From Paraspadella gotoi (lineage: Eukaryota > Animalia > Chaetognatha): a DNA stretch of 64,000 nucleotides. The notes below the pieces were generated by a model. That model was given only the letters and a program-made list of their open reading frames with translations, was not told the DNA's origin and ran no database searches. Below, piece after piece: positions 45,476 through 62,403 of this stretch. Position 1 is the stretch's first letter; every line of letters starts with the position of its first letter. The position numbers and the translations under genes are program-made. The stretch spans positions 19,042,611-19,106,610 of the forward strand of contig CM119266.1 in the NCBI GenBank assembly GCA_051294375.1, in the 5' to 3' direction.

Positions 45476-46106
45476 CGTAGCAAAAATATTAAAATCAAGT
45501 AGAATCAAAATTCGAATAGTAGATCACGAACAGTACCTGTACCTGTACAGTACAGTACAGTACAGTACCTGTTAACTTTTTTAAATAGAAAAAAATTATT
45601 TTTTATTTTTCAATTTTTGCATACGCCATATTTATACATTGTACTTACCATAGAAAATGTCAAAATTTTAAAATGTTTTTTCTTATTTTTAAAAGCAAAT
45701 TTGAATTCCTCACGAAAAATTGGTAAAAGGAAATATAACTCTTTTTAGAAAATTATTTTATTAAGTGGATCGAAATCTTTAAAAACTATTATCATTAACC
45801 TATAATTAAATTTTAGTATAAAAAATATAGTTTTTTAAATTTTTGGCTAACTTAATGAAAGAATTTTTGATTAAAACTCATATTTTCTTTTATCAACTTT
45901 TTATGAAGAAATTGAATCTGCTTTCAAAATTCAGAAAACATTATTTTAAAATTTTAATATTTTCTATGGTATGTACTATGTATAAATATGGGCGTATGCG
46001 AAAATTGAGAAATTTTTAAATTTTGTTAAAAAAATATATCAATGTTCTTTTGACCAAGACTGTTCATGATTAACTATTCGAATTTTGATCTGCAACTTTA
46101 ACTACG
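45476..46106. mobile_element. AT-rich foldback/MITE-like element; related copies ~6650-7480 and ~46780-47170
   Basis: Long imperfect self-complementarity (ATCAAAATTCGAATAGT / ACTATTCGAATTTTGAT; CATACGCCATATTTATACA / TGTATAAATATGGGCGTATG) and shared internal sequence between copies. Confidence 0.65.
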
Positions 46107-48114
46107 CCCTACCACTTTTAATCCAATTGTTAACCGTTTAAAAAATATTATATATATATTATATAAAAATAGTAATTAAAATAAATATAAAACAATTATT
46201 CGAACAAATAATACGAAATATGTGAAAATATCTTTTTTTCAATTAAAGAAAAATGAAATAACAAAAAAATTATAATCCTACGGCTACGCAAACTGAGACG
46301 ACGATTGAGGAAAAACAAAATTAACAAAACCACCGACCAGTGGTAGCTAAGGTTGGTTGCGGACGTCGAATAGTAAAGTTACCCTTACTTTTTAACATCA
46401 AATCTTTGGAACAACTCGTGGAAATTTAAATGTTGTAAAAAGTTTGATTTTATTAAAGATTTAAGTAAATGAGGTTTTTTTTTAAACGAAGTATAAAAAG
46501 TATCATCTCAAAGTGAAGTGCGATTATCAGATTTTTTAAAAATTTTGTTTTTAAATTACCTACGAAAGAGGACGCCACCAGTATGTCGTTTGTCCGGAAC
46601 TATAACAAATGCTATTTTTTTACTTGATTTACATTTGTTTGGCTAACCGTTATGAAAAGTTAACTAATGAAAAATATGACGCGATTAGTACATTGTATGT
46701 GCATTGTGTACTAGAGTAGAGCACTCAAGAACAAAAAAATGAATGATCGAACAAGAATATTTAGATGTGATTCGTCATAAAAAGTTGATAAAAAGAAATA
46801 TAACTCTTTTTAAAAAATTCCTTCATTAAGTGGGTCAAAAATTAGAAAAAGCTATATTTTAAGTTGAAAATTAACTTTTTATATATTAAATATAGTTTTT
46901 TTAATTTTTAACCCACTTAATGAAAGAATTTTCAAAAATGATTTATATTTTCTTTTATCAACTTTTGACTAGGAATTCAAATCTGCAATCAAAATTAAGA
47001 AAAACCTATTTTGAAATTTTTCGATTTTATAAGGATAGTACTATATATAAATATAGTCTACTGCGAAAATTAAAAAACATAAAAATAATTTTTTTTACAA
47101 ATTAATGTTCACTGATGGTATGTTGTTCATAATTGACTTTTAGAATTTTCGTATGTAACTTTCACTACGCCTTAGTGTACACTGTACAGTGTGTTTGTTT
47201 TTCATGAATCGCGAAACCTATTTTTAGTCTGCTTATCGCGGATCTCCGCTCCATAATCCACTTTGTCGCTAAATTACAGTAAATCGAGTGCACATCGCTA
47301 CCCACATCTAGATATTCTATATTTGAAATTAACCGTAATTTAAAATTAGTCATAAAATTTTTTTTAGTAGAAAACAATAATTAATAATATAATTGTAACA
47401 TCATAGTCTAACTATAAGTTTTATAATTTTATTTCATAAATGTTTTGTCTTTGTTCGTTTCTGGCTTGAAGATTGACTTCAGCTCAGGTTCAGCTTAGAA
47501 CTTTAATCTGATTCGTAGCCATTATAATTTATACCGATGTGAAGAATAATATTGTTCCTTCCTTATAAGTCAATTTGGCTAACGGGGTATTATTACATGT
47601 TTAAATGTTTCAGTGTATCGATCGTTATTTACAACATAAATCTATTTGTATTACTAAAAGTTATATATTCCGGCCCACCTTGGTATATTTCTCCACCCCT
47701 CGCTCATAGCTCTTATTCTCTCTCCATTTTCAAAACTATTTCTATATCTAACGCAGCCATTTTTTCCCCATTGATCTTTTCCCCATCATCCCCGCAGTTG
47801 TATTTTACCACCGATAGGCGTCGCATGGAGCATAAAACTTCCACGCAAAACGACTTATGACGCCGCATCGAAGCCATAAAACAAAACATTATTTGCCTGC
47901 GAAAGAATTGGGAGCCGTCGTCGCCGCGGCAGGGGCGAACGGAGGCAGCGAAAAGCCGCTGCTGCTGCAGCGGCTCTGCCCTTTCGACGCTGCGGCGTCA
48001 ACGACGACAAACCATCAAGACGAAGTGATTCCGCCATCATTCTGCGCCATTTCCGCCTCATTGTCTTGTCCCACTTTCGGAAACATTTTCACCTGCGTCT
48101 CTTAATCAAATTCC

Positions 48115-48270
48115 TTTTAGCTCCCTCTATTGGCACGCCACTCCACGTCACCCTTTCTCCCATCACCATTTTAGCTCCCTCTATTGGCACGCCACTTCAC
48201 GTCACCCTTTCTCCCATCACCATTTTAGCTCCCTCTATGGGCACGACACTCCACGTCACACTTTCTCCAA
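48115..48270 (+). repeat. 54-bp minisatellite, ~3 copies (mirrored at ~56630-56790)
   Basis: Unit TTTTAGCTCCCTCTATTGGCACGCCACTCCACGTCACCCTTTCTCCCATCACCA. Confidence 0.9.
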
Positions 48271-50043
48271 CACCCTTTTCTATTTCTAACCTTTTCTTCC
48301 TCTCAAAACTCTATTTTTGCTCTCGGCAAAGACATCGATAATAAGTATTTAAAAAAATAAAAGTTTTAGTTCAGCGCCCTATTCCCTATTTATATTTATA
48401 TTAAGGTTGGTGATTAGGGTTTGTGATTAATATAAGGTGATGGAATTAGTTTTAGGGTTAGGGGATTAAGGTTAAAGATTAGGGTTAGAAATTAAGGTTA
48501 GGGATTGGGTTATAGGTTTAGTAATAGATAAGGGTTGAATATTATGGCTATATTTAAATAAAGGGATTTCGTAACAGAAATTGGGCGCTCTCGAAAAGAG
48601 AGTTAAACATGAAATGTGCACTCCCGAAACGGTCCAAAATAAACAAATAGTTTTTCAAAAGGTCATTTTTCACTAAACCACCGCATAAGTCATCGTTCAA
48701 CCTTTTTCAATCCTTCATATTTTTACCTTTTTTAACATTAACATTAAATTAACTGCGCTGTCACTAAATTACTATGCTTTTATATAAAAAAAAACTAAAT
48801 ATGAAGATTGAATATCAACGTCTTTCTAATGTTCTTTTCTCCTACTTCATTCACGTCTACCTTTTTCTCCAAAGTCTTCACTCTCCTAACGCCCCCTCTC
48901 CCTTCAGTCGGCGCCATTTTCACCTGCGTTTCTTAATCAAATGCTTTTCCCTCTGCTCTACGCAGCCCGGCTGCAGCGGCTGCAGCGCTGCAGCGTCCCT
49001 TAAATTGCCTTATCCCTGAAATTGTCTTATTCGCCTAAATTGTCTCGTTTTGAATAATGGGTTCCGATGATGGAAAACCGTTTCTGTGGTTTCGATGAAA
49101 ACTCTTTCTTACTTTTATTTTTTTATTCATATCTTTTTCCTTTTTATTCCTTGCTTTAACAACGACGATCGTTATTTAAAACTATCCAAGGATATTATTG
49201 TACTTATTTATATTATTATAAATACTCGGTTTCCGTTCTTCTTTATACTTAAGGCCTTATTTTTCTATAATAGTTACATGATCACTTGGTTTACCTTATT
49301 TTTAAAAAAAATTTTTGGAAATATCAGAAAATATATTTAAAATTTAATTAAAATAATAATTTTAGTCCAAGAAAAACATGTTTTTAAATTAGTACAATAA
49401 ATTTTAACATTCCACCTTTACTTTAGCATATTTGTGAATATTTTAAGGAGTGTTGAAGGTTTATGTTGTCTTCAGGAAATACAGGGATACAACACAAGGT
49501 TAATAAATTTCCTGTCCGATGTTTCCAATTAGAAAAATACATCATTCTTGTTAGGAAGTCATTTATTGAAAATCGAAATATCTAAAAAGGTAAATGACTC
49601 CCACGTCATTTTCTCCAACCACCCTACATCTTTGTCGGCTTTATCTTCTTTCTGACGGCCAAACGACCGACATACCGAATTCTGTCGGCCTCACAAGAAT
49701 TTCCTCTCGCTTTGCTCGGAAGTTTGGCGACGAGTTCCAATTAGCTCGGGAGAGAAAGCGTCGCTAAGGCGTTCTGGGTCGTTGCTAAGGCGTTTTCTCG
49801 GCGTTGCTAAGGGCGTCGTAATGACTGAAGAAAGATCTTTGTGGGAAAATCGGTGACTATATTTAGTTATCGATCTGAGAATATTTTTATACTCACTGTC
49901 AATTCCTCAAATTGCATTTAAAATGTATACGTATATAAGATATATTTTATATTTAACCACTAATCATGCAATAACCACCTTTTAACCTCATCGCCACTTA
50001 AAATACTAAATAATTAGGAAGCTACAGGGAGATAACGACGATA

Positions 50044-50306
50044 AAGTGACCGAGAGAAGAGAGGGTCGCCATGCCTCTCTGTGAGTGAGGATAGCCTCGA
50101 CACTTAGTATGCCCAATGGGTCTGGGAGATTTTTCCGTCATTTGCCTTGCTTTCCGCAACTTCGGCGCTAGGCTTGCTACCGGTGGTTTAACCGGCCCGT
50201 CACTCTTTTTGCAAGGACCGTTCCGACCAGGGCCATTGGGTTCGGAGATGAAGCGTTAGCCCAGTGCGCTATTACGGCGCTGATGGAGGAACAGTCGTAT
50301 CCAACT
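50044..50306 (+). repeat. GC-rich ~260-bp dispersed repeat of unknown class; copies 8104-8295, 15300-15525 (part inverted), 24585-24706(-), 54480-54738(-)
   Basis: Shared blocks GTGACCGAGAG.AGAG..GGTCGCCATGCCTCTCTG, GATAGCCCCCACACTTAGT and AACCGGC..GTCACTCTTTTGCAAGGACCGTTC. Confidence 0.8.
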
Positions 50307-51132
50307 TCTTTTTCGTTTCAGTAGAAAAGAAGATTTCATACGACTTTTTTATGACGATTTCCATGTGAGAAAATTGAGAAAGAGGAAAAGTGAGGAGAAA
50401 GTGAAAATCAGTGAAATAGAAACTCGTTACGGAACTGAAAACAAATCGGGATTCGCTAGATTTCCAGATTTAAACTACTACCTGATTTTCCGTTTATTGA
50501 TCGTAGTACTCTGTTCAAATTGTACATACAGACTTAAAAGTTCTCAACGCAAGAAGAGTCTATCACCAATAATCGCCTTCGAAAATAAGATCCCTCCTCT
50601 CCCCCCCTACTCTGACCCTCCCTCCCCCCCAACACCTCGTCCGGACGCAGGTTCGTCCTTTTAATCCGACTTTGGGATGCGCATGACAAAAGAGCCTCCA
50701 CGGATTTATATCAGCGTCGACAATGGGGAGTCGGTCTTTGGCCGATTGGATTCCGCGCCAAGAGCGGATTAAATCCACCTTCCCCTTCGACCATCCACCC
50801 TTTCCTACCTTCTTCGCTGCTTGTGGAGGAAAGCGATGGGTGGAGTCCCCCCAAAAGCCCACCTTTCCCTTCCGAAACGCTTTCGCTGATCCTTTGCCTC
50901 ACGCCTTCCCCGTTCTCTCGTTAGGTTGAAATCACGGAGCCCAATCTGCATAAACTCGAAAACTCTGGGGACTAAAAGGTGGACCGGACAAAGTCAATCC
51001 GCGCTCGTTCTCACACATTGTACGCGGATGTTAGGATGAGGAAGTGGACCTGGGATTTGTTTACCCCTTAGAACGAATTTTGTCACTCCTGAGTTACGCA
51101 CTCTACAGTTTGTTTAAAAAGTGATTTTAAAT

Positions 51133-51205
<73 letters not shown>

Positions 51206-51333
51206 AATAGAGAAAGAAAGAAAGATAGATAGAAATGAAAAGAAAAAAACATAAGAAAGAAGGATTGAAAGTAGAAAAAAAGACGAAAAATAAATAAAAA
51301 AGGAAAGATACGAAGAAAGAAAGAAAGAAAGAG

Positions 51334-51376
<43 letters not shown>

Positions 51377-51691
51377 AAAAAAGAAAGAAAGAAAGCAAGC
51401 AAGCAAGCAAGCTAGTTAGCTAGCTAGCTAGCAAGCTAGCCAGCAAGCCTTGAATATTTAGGAGGCAAAAACTGAGCATTGAGCAAATTCAATGAAATGA
51501 TTTTGAATGAAGAAAATGAATAAAAGGCGTCGGAGAATGAAGCCTCAGTCGTCTTGTCCCGCGACAACCAATTGCAATGAATATCCGAAATGGTCGCCAT
51601 CAGACTCTTCATTTAACATGCGCACTGCATCTTCGTCGCGCATTCCAAGAAGTCATACGTTCCGATGCGCAGCAACTGATTTTGACTCATC

Positions 51692-51780
<89 letters not shown>

Positions 51781-51869
51781 GAGTCTCTTGATTGCCACAA
51801 TTAGAAAGGCATTAAAGCGGAAGAGCGGAAATGAAGACGAACGATTAAGACGAGGATTGAGTTGGGGCG

Positions 51870-52270
51870 GAGGCGATGGCAACGGCGATGGCGATGGCGA
51901 TGGCGACGGCGATGGCGATGGCGATGGCAAAGGAGATGGCAAAGGAGATTGAAGGCTAATGGCGAAGGCGATGGCAAAGGAGATGGCGAAGGCGATGACA
52001 AAGGCGATGGCGAAGGCTTTGGTAAAGGCGATGGCAAAGGAGATGGCAAAGGAGATGGCGAAGGCGAGATGACAAAGGCGATGGCGAAGGCGTTGGTAAA
52101 AGGCGATGGCAAAAGGAGATGGCGAAGGCGATGACAAAGAAGCATTGGCAAAAGGCGATGGCAAAGGAGATGGCAAAGGCGTTGGCAAAGGAGATGGCAA
52201 AGGCGTTGGCAAAGGCGATGCCGAAGGCGATGACAAAGGCGATGCCGAAGGCGATGACAAAGGCGATGGG
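51870..52270. repeat. Hexamer-based minisatellite (GGCGAT/GGCAAA/GGAGAT/GGCGAA)
   Basis: Read directly from the sequence. Gly-Asp/Gly-Lys reading frames are broken by a stop and indels. Confidence 0.85.
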
Positions 52271-55200
52271 GAGATGCGATCCTTGTTTGATTTTGAGTTG
52301 AAGAGATTTTAAAGAAAGAATTACAGTTTTCATTAGAATTAGTAAGAGGCTATTTTTCAAATAAAGTGGCTTCTGAAAATTCAATGATATAAATTTTAGT
52401 AAAACTGTTAATTTTTTTTTTATTTCATATAAAAAAAAATTTCAGCATCAGCGTCAAGCTTGGGGTTCTGTCTTTTGATTCTTGTATTATGCCTCGGCAT
52501 TTTAAATGATGGATGGGAATCCTACCGAAGCCACATGATATAATTACTCTTTTAGGAGATATCGTGAAAAACTATGGTCGATCAGCGATCATATATCGGA
52601 GAAGATTTTAAGTCTCCAATCTGAGGACGAGAATCACGTTATGGTTTTAATCGATCGGTTTTAATCAATCTATCAGTTGATCATTAAACCTTCCGAGTTA
52701 AAAAAGGAAAAAGGAAAAAAAAAAAGGTGGAAAAAAGGAAAGAAGGAAAATCTTCGCCGATGGCGACGAACATTTCAATATATTCGTAATCGAATCACAA
52801 CGAAGAACATTTTTCGCTTCGAAGCGGACGAAATTCGATGACCAGATTTCGCGACGGCGTCGGTCGAGAAGCGGGCGGAGCGGAAATGGCGCCAATTATC
52901 TGACGACGCGATCGGCGCCGCTTTTTAACTCCTCGTTGGACCGATGGATGCGTCAGATTCAGAAGGACGACTGCGTCACCGAAAATCGAATCGACGAAAA
53001 TCCTCACATAAATCCTCACATAAATCCTCACATAAATCATCATTCGAGTCAAATTATGAGGAAGAAGGGATTCGGGATGGAGTCCTTTCGCGGAGAGTTT
53101 GCAAGGGGTTGTCAAGATATTATGGGCCAAAAGGTACGAAGGAGAGGGAGAGGGGAAGTTCGAGATCGATTCTTGAAAGCAGGAGTGGAATGAGAGGAGC
53201 GACGTGGTGGAGTTGGTCTTGGAGTTGCCCGTTCAAGTTGTCGCTTTCAATTCACTCGCGAATTTATTTTCGTCGAAATTCGAGAGAAAGATTTTTTTTT
53301 TTTTGGGTCGGTGACTTTGGAGAGTTATAGATATATGTATATTTATGCTTATGTTGATTTTTATAGATATTTTATATATCTATATTTTATTTTGGAGTTT
53401 CAAAAGTTTCAAATTCCTACGTAATGCGTTATTTGTTTTCTGACGCGCACTCGTGGCCGCATCCAACGCTGCGTTGAACTTTTTTTTCACTTTTCTTTTT
53501 GTTTTTTTGTGTATTTTTTTTTCTCGTTTTTTTTCGTATTTTCCATCCCTTCGTTTTTATGTTTTTTTTCTTTTCATTTCTATCTTCTTTCTTTCTTTCT
53601 CTATTTCTTTTTCTTCTTTCTTTCTTTTCTTTCTTTCTTCTTTCTTTCTTTTTCTTTCTTTCTTTCTTTCTTCTTCATTTAAAATCACTTTTTAAACAAA
53701 CTGTAGAGTGCGTAACTCAGGAGTGACAATTACGTTCTAAGGGGTAAACAAATCCCAGGTCACTTCCTCATCCTAACATCCGCGTACAATGTGTGAGAAC
53801 GAGCGCGGATTGACTTTTGTCCGGTCCACCTTTTAGTCCCCAGAGTTTTCGAGTTTATGCAGATTGGGCTCCGTGATTTCAACTAACGAGAGAACGGGGA
53901 AGGGTGAGCAGAGCGATCAGCGAATATTCGGAAGGGGGTTTTGGGGGGGCTCCACCCATCGCTTTCCTCCACAAGCCAGCGAGAAGGAAAAAGGGTGGAT
54001 GGTCGAAGGGGAAGGTGGATTTATCCGCTCTTGGCGCGGAATCCAATCCCGGCCAAAGACCGACTCCCAATTGTCGACGCTGATATAAATCCCGTGGAGG
54101 CTCTTTTGTCATGCGCATCCCAAGTCGGATTAAAAGGACGAACCTGCGTCCGGACGAGGTGTTGGGGGGGAGGAGGGTCAGAGTAGGGGGGAGAGGAGGG
54201 ACTTATTTTCGAAGGCGATTATTGGTGATAGACTCTTCTTGCGTTGAGAACTTTTAAGTCTGTATGTACAATTTGAACAGAGTACTACATAATAAACGGA
54301 AAATCAGGTAGTAGTTTAAATCTGGAATTAGCGAATCCCGATTTGTTTTCAGTTCCGTAACGAGTTTCTATTTCACTGATTTTCACTTTCTCCTCACTTT
54401 CTCTTTCTCAATTTTCTCACATGGAAATCGTCATAAAAAAGTCGTATGAAATCTTCTTTTTCTACTGAAACGAAAAGAAAGTTGGATACGACTGTTCCTC
54501 CATCAGCGCCGTAATAGCGCACTGGGCTAACGCTTCATCTCCGAACCACAATGGCCTGGTCGGAACGGTCCTTGCAAAAAGAGTGACGGGCCGGTTAAAC
54601 CACCGTGCAAGCCTAGCGCCGAAGTTGCGGAAAGCAAGGCAAATGACGGAAAAATCTCCAGACCCATTGGGCATACTAAGTGTCGAGGCTATCCTCACTC
54701 ACAGAGAGCATGGCGACCCTCTCTTCTCTCGGTCACTTTATCGTCGTTATCTCCCTGTAGCTTCCTAATTATTTAGTATTTTAAGTGGCGATGAGGTTAA
54801 AAGGTGGTTATTGCATGATTAGTGGTTAAATATAAAATATATCTTATATAGTATACATTTTAAATGCAATTTGAGGAATTGACAGTGAGTATAAAAATAT
54901 TCTCAGATCGATAACTAAATATAGTCACCGATTTTCCCACAAAGATCTTTCTTCAGTCATTTACGACGCCCTTAGCAACGCCGAGAAAACGCCTTAGCAA
55001 CGACCCAGAACGCCTTAGCGACGCTTTCTCTCCCGAGCTAATTGGAACTCGTCGCCAAACTTCCGAGCAAAGCGAGAGGAAATTCTTGTGAGGCCGACAG
55101 AATCGGTATGTCGGTCGTTTGCCGTCAGAAAGAAAGATAAAGCCGAACAAAGATGTAGGGTGGTTGGAGAAAATGACGTGGGAGTCATTTACCTTTTTAG

Positions 55201-58200
55201 ATATTTCGATTTTCAATAAATGACTTCCTAACAAGAATGATGTATTTTTCTAATTGGAAACATCGCACAGGAAATTTATTAACCTTGTGTTGTATCCCTG
55301 ATTTCCTGAAGACAACATAAACTTCACACTCCTTAAAATATTCACAAATATGCTAAAAGTAAAAGGTGGAATGTTAAAATTTATTGTACTAATTAAAAAC
55401 ATGTTTTTCTTGGACTAAAATTAATTATTTTTAAATTAAATTTTAAATATATTTTCTGATATTTCCAAAAATTTTTTTTAAAAATAAGGTAAACCAGTGA
55501 TCAATTAACTATTATAGAAAAATAAGGCCTTAAGTATAAAGAAGAACGGAAACCGAGTATTTATAATAATATAAATAAGTACAATAATATCCTTGGATAG
55601 TTTTAAATAACGATCGTCTTGTTAAAGCAAGGAATAAAAGAAAAGATATGAATAAAAAAATAAAGATAGAAAGAGTTTTCATCGAAAACCACAGAAACGG
55701 GTTTTCCAATCATCGGAACCCATTATTCAAAACGAGACAATTTAGGCGAATAAGACAATTTCAGGATAGAGGCAATTTAAGGGCGCTGCAGCGCTGCAGC
55801 CGCTGCAGCCGGGCTGCCGTAAGAGCAAGAGGAAAAGCATTTGATTAAGAAACGCAGAGTGTAAAATGGCGCCGACTGAAGGGCAGGGGGCGTTAGGAGA
55901 GTGAAAGACTTTGGAGAAAAAGGTAAGACGTGAATAAGTAGAGAAAAGAAACACTGTAGAAAGACGGTTGATATGTCTCCATTCATTGCTTGACATATTA
56001 TTTTATTTATATATAAGCATAGTAACGATTAGTGACGAGCGCAGTTAATTTAAGTGGTAATGATCAAAAAAGGTAAAGTCGGAAATACTCGTAGAGGACG
56101 AAGAACGAGCGCCGACACGATGAGCCTTATTGAGCCGGGTGGGTATGTAGTGAAAATGAACCTTGTTGAAAAAGCTTCCATTTAGTTATTATTTTGGAGT
56201 TCGGGAGTGCACATTTCATGTTTAACTCATTCTTTTCGAGAGCGCCCAAAAATTTCTGTTAGCACGTAAATCCCCTTTACATTTACAATAGATAACACTC
56301 ATAGACAGCTATAATGAGAGGGGTTCACCATCTGTGATCGCATTGGGTTACGAGCGGATCTAGACCCACGCGGATATACGCGATTTATGTTAAGCCCTAA
56401 CCTATATTCTAACCCTAAATCTTAACCTTAATCCCTAAACCCTAAAACTAATTCCATCACCTTATATTAAATCATCAAAACCCTAAATCACCAACCTTAA
56501 TAATAAATATAAATAGGGAATCAGGGCGCTGAACTAAAAACTTTTATTTTTTTAAAACCTTATTATCGATTGTCTTTGCACGAGCAAAAATAGAGTTTGA
56601 GAGGAAGAAAGGTTAGAAATAGAAAAGGTGTTGAGAAAGTGTCGACGTGGGAAGTGTCCCCGTGCCCATAGAGGGAGCTAAAATGGTGATGGGAGAAAGG
56701 GTGACGTGAGTGTGCGGCCAATAGAGGGAGCGTAAAATGGTGATGGAGAAAGGGTGACGTGGAGTGGCGTGCCAATAGAGGGAGCTTAAAAAGGAATTTG
56801 ATTAAGAAGCACGCAGTGAGAAATGTTTCCGAAAGTGGGACAAGACAGATGAGGCGGAAATGGCGCAGAATGATGGGAATCACTTCGTCTTTGATGGTTT
56901 GTCGTCGTTGACGCCGCAGCTCGAAAGGCGAGAGCCGCTGCAGCAGCAGGCGGCTTTTACGCTGCCTCCGTTCGGACCCTGCCCGCGGCGACGACGGCTT
57001 CCCAATCTTTCGCAGGCAAATATGTTTTGTTTTATGGCGTCGATGCGCGGCGTCATAAGTCGTTTTTGGGCGTGAAGTTTTTATGCTCCATGCGACGGCC
57101 TATCGGTGTAAATACAACTGCGGGGATGAACGGGGAAAAGATCAATGGGAAAAAATGGCTGCTTAGATATGAAATAGTTTAGAAAATGGAGAGAGAATAA
57201 GAGCTAANNNNNNNNNNNNNNNNNNNNNNNNNAAAAAAAAAAAATCTTTGAAAGATTAGCCCGGCATGACCCGGATGTGGAGTGGTTCTCAACGAAGGTC
57301 TTTAGCACTTGGTTAATGGTGATTACATCCCTCCTGTGTCTTTAGCTCGAAGAAAATTCATCCTCCCTCCCCCATTTACCGCCCCCCTCTGTTTTCTTCT
57401 TCCTCTTCCTTCTCCGAGTCAATTTAACCGTCTCGCTCCTCCTCTTCCTTCTCTGGCGCACGGTCCATGAGACGACCGTAACCGGAACTCAATATAAATC
57501 TTTAACTCATTAAAGGCGTTCTCTCTCTCTCTCCTCTCTCTCGACTCGCTATATAAATCTGCTCTCTCTCTCTCTTCTGCGTTCTCTCCTTTTTCCGTCG
57601 TATCATTTCTCTAAGCCACCTGTCCTTCTCTCTCTTCTCTTTTTTTTCCTAAAGTTTCCCTGTTCGATTATCTTTTTATGCTCGCACAGTTCCGGAGAAA
57701 AATTTGCGCGTGCGCCTAGAAAAGAAAGAGCAAGGGTAAAGAATATATAGTTTCTTCGTTTTTCTACTATTTTGCGCGAGTATCATGCTTGGTCACGGTC
57801 TCAGAAGCTCACCTGCACACTACACTACTTCTACCTGCCTCTGATCTATTAAATACAAGTCTCTATAAATAAATCTGAGAGCGATGATAGGTCAGCACAT
57901 TCATCTTAATCTCAATCACTCTCTCTCAATGAGTAGAGTGCTCTAAGACCTTTGTTGTTTTTTCTCGTAATAAAACAAAGAACTAATTATTTTTAATGAA
58001 CGCTCTCTCTCTCTTTCTCTGTCTCTCTCTCTCTCTTTTTTCGTCTCCCTTCCCCAAAAAACCCAAGCTCTCTCTCTCTACACGATGAGAACGCGATTAC
58101 GTGAGAGTGCCATCGGCTTTAAAGACGGTTTTATCGTCGTCGTCGTCGTCGTCATCGTCGTCGTTGCCGTCTGTAGCAACGGAAAGACTCGAGGGGCCGA

Positions 58201-58209
58201 CGTCCTGGA

Positions 58210-58309
<100 letters not shown>

Positions 58310-58750
58310 CGTTCGTTCGTGCTTTCCGCTTCTTCCCCTCATGAATCTTGGCGGAACTAGTGCTCCTCATCGAATTATCGTCTCCATCGTCGTCGTCGTC
58401 GTCGTCGTCGCGCGCGCCCCCATGACGAGATGGAAGAGTCACGCGCGCGACGTGAATTCGCGCGAATTCTTTGCGGCGACGAAAGATCGAAGTGACTTTT
58501 ACTCAAAAATCGTGAAATCTTCGCCGGACATCAAGTGAAATCATTATTCACGGTACTAAAGAGAAATTTTCACCAAAAAAAAAAGAGCAACGTTAAAACA
58601 GTTTGTAATTCTATTTGAATATACAAATACGATTTTAATTTACGATCAAAATTGTTATTTTGCGGTCGTCTTTCTTTCGCTCCACTTACTACGCCAAATA
58701 GCGTCGCACCCAGTCTCTCCTTCGCTCTTTCTCACCGTTCTCATTCCAAA

Positions 58751-61674
<2,924 letters not shown>

Positions 61675-62350
61675 TAAGGCATTGTTAAAATTTATATTAG
61701 ATTAATATTTATTGAAAAAGGGCGTATACCTGATAATGAGGATTTTACCAGGTCGCGCCGTGAGCGAGCTAGTGCTATGGCTAACAAGTGATATGTTTTT
61801 TAAATACTTTTTAATATTAATTCGCGGTTGTAAATTTTTTAATTTGTATTAAATTTGTAGACCTGAAGCAAGTAGAAGGGATACTATTTCTAAACCATAC
61901 CCAAAAAAAATAGCTTTAAACTTAATCATAAATTAACAAAATATAAAATTTTTTAAATGCTTACCGACTGTCACGAACCATTGTTAACTTATATCCTCAT
62001 GGTTTTAGGTAAGCACGTCTCTTTTATACCTTTGGGTAAGGAACAGTCATAAGGACTGATCAATGAGCGAGTTACGTTTAAACTACTTGATCAATCAAAT
62101 ACTTCGATACGGCAAAAAAAAACGAATTCAATATTGAAAAGGCATCAAACAACAGAGAGACTTTCTCGTAACAAATTTAAAACCTGATATGAGATATAAA
62201 AGATTTTAAGTGAAGTGAATTTCTCAGTGGATATTATTCCATATTCACGGGAATAAGGAAATAGCCAAATTAGTAATCCTTTCTTTTCGTTCGTGTTTTT
62301 AGAGATAACAAAGAAATTATTTAGTTTTCAAACAACGATTTTATTTGAAT

Positions 62351-62403
62351 CATAATCGTACATGTTTCGACTCTGTAGATTCGAGTCTTCATCAGCGCTT
62401 ATA
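62351..62403 (-). ncRNA. Minimal type I hammerhead ribozyme motif, best-preserved copy
   Basis: Minus strand TATAAGCG-CTGATGA-A-GACTC(GAATCTACA)GAGTC-GAAA-CATGTA-CGATTATG; stem I pairs at 7 of 8 positions. An inverted partial copy of its 3' side lies at ~62646-62700. Confidence 0.8.

Larger units (their letters stand above)
47707..57206. repeat. Large inverted duplication: arms ~47707-51290 and ~53525-57206 around a ~2.2-kb spacer
   Basis: Colinear reverse-complement matches throughout, e.g. TCACTCCTGAGTTACGCACTCTACAG at 51083 versus its complement near 53700, and TAGCTCTTATTCTCTCTCCATTTT at 47707 versus 57183-57206. The right arm ends at an N gap. Confidence 0.95.

Noticed and set aside
51083-51410. 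Phe/Leu/Ser-rich and Arg/Glu-rich ORFs here and at 36.2-38.3 and 58.1 kb
   Set aside because: Translations of (GAAA)n and (GA)n microsatellites.
51862-53330. Coding gene in the spacer of the inverted duplication
   Set aside because: Low-complexity frames are broken by stops and indels; the open frame at ~52.7-53.2 kb has no recognisable motif or splice partner.
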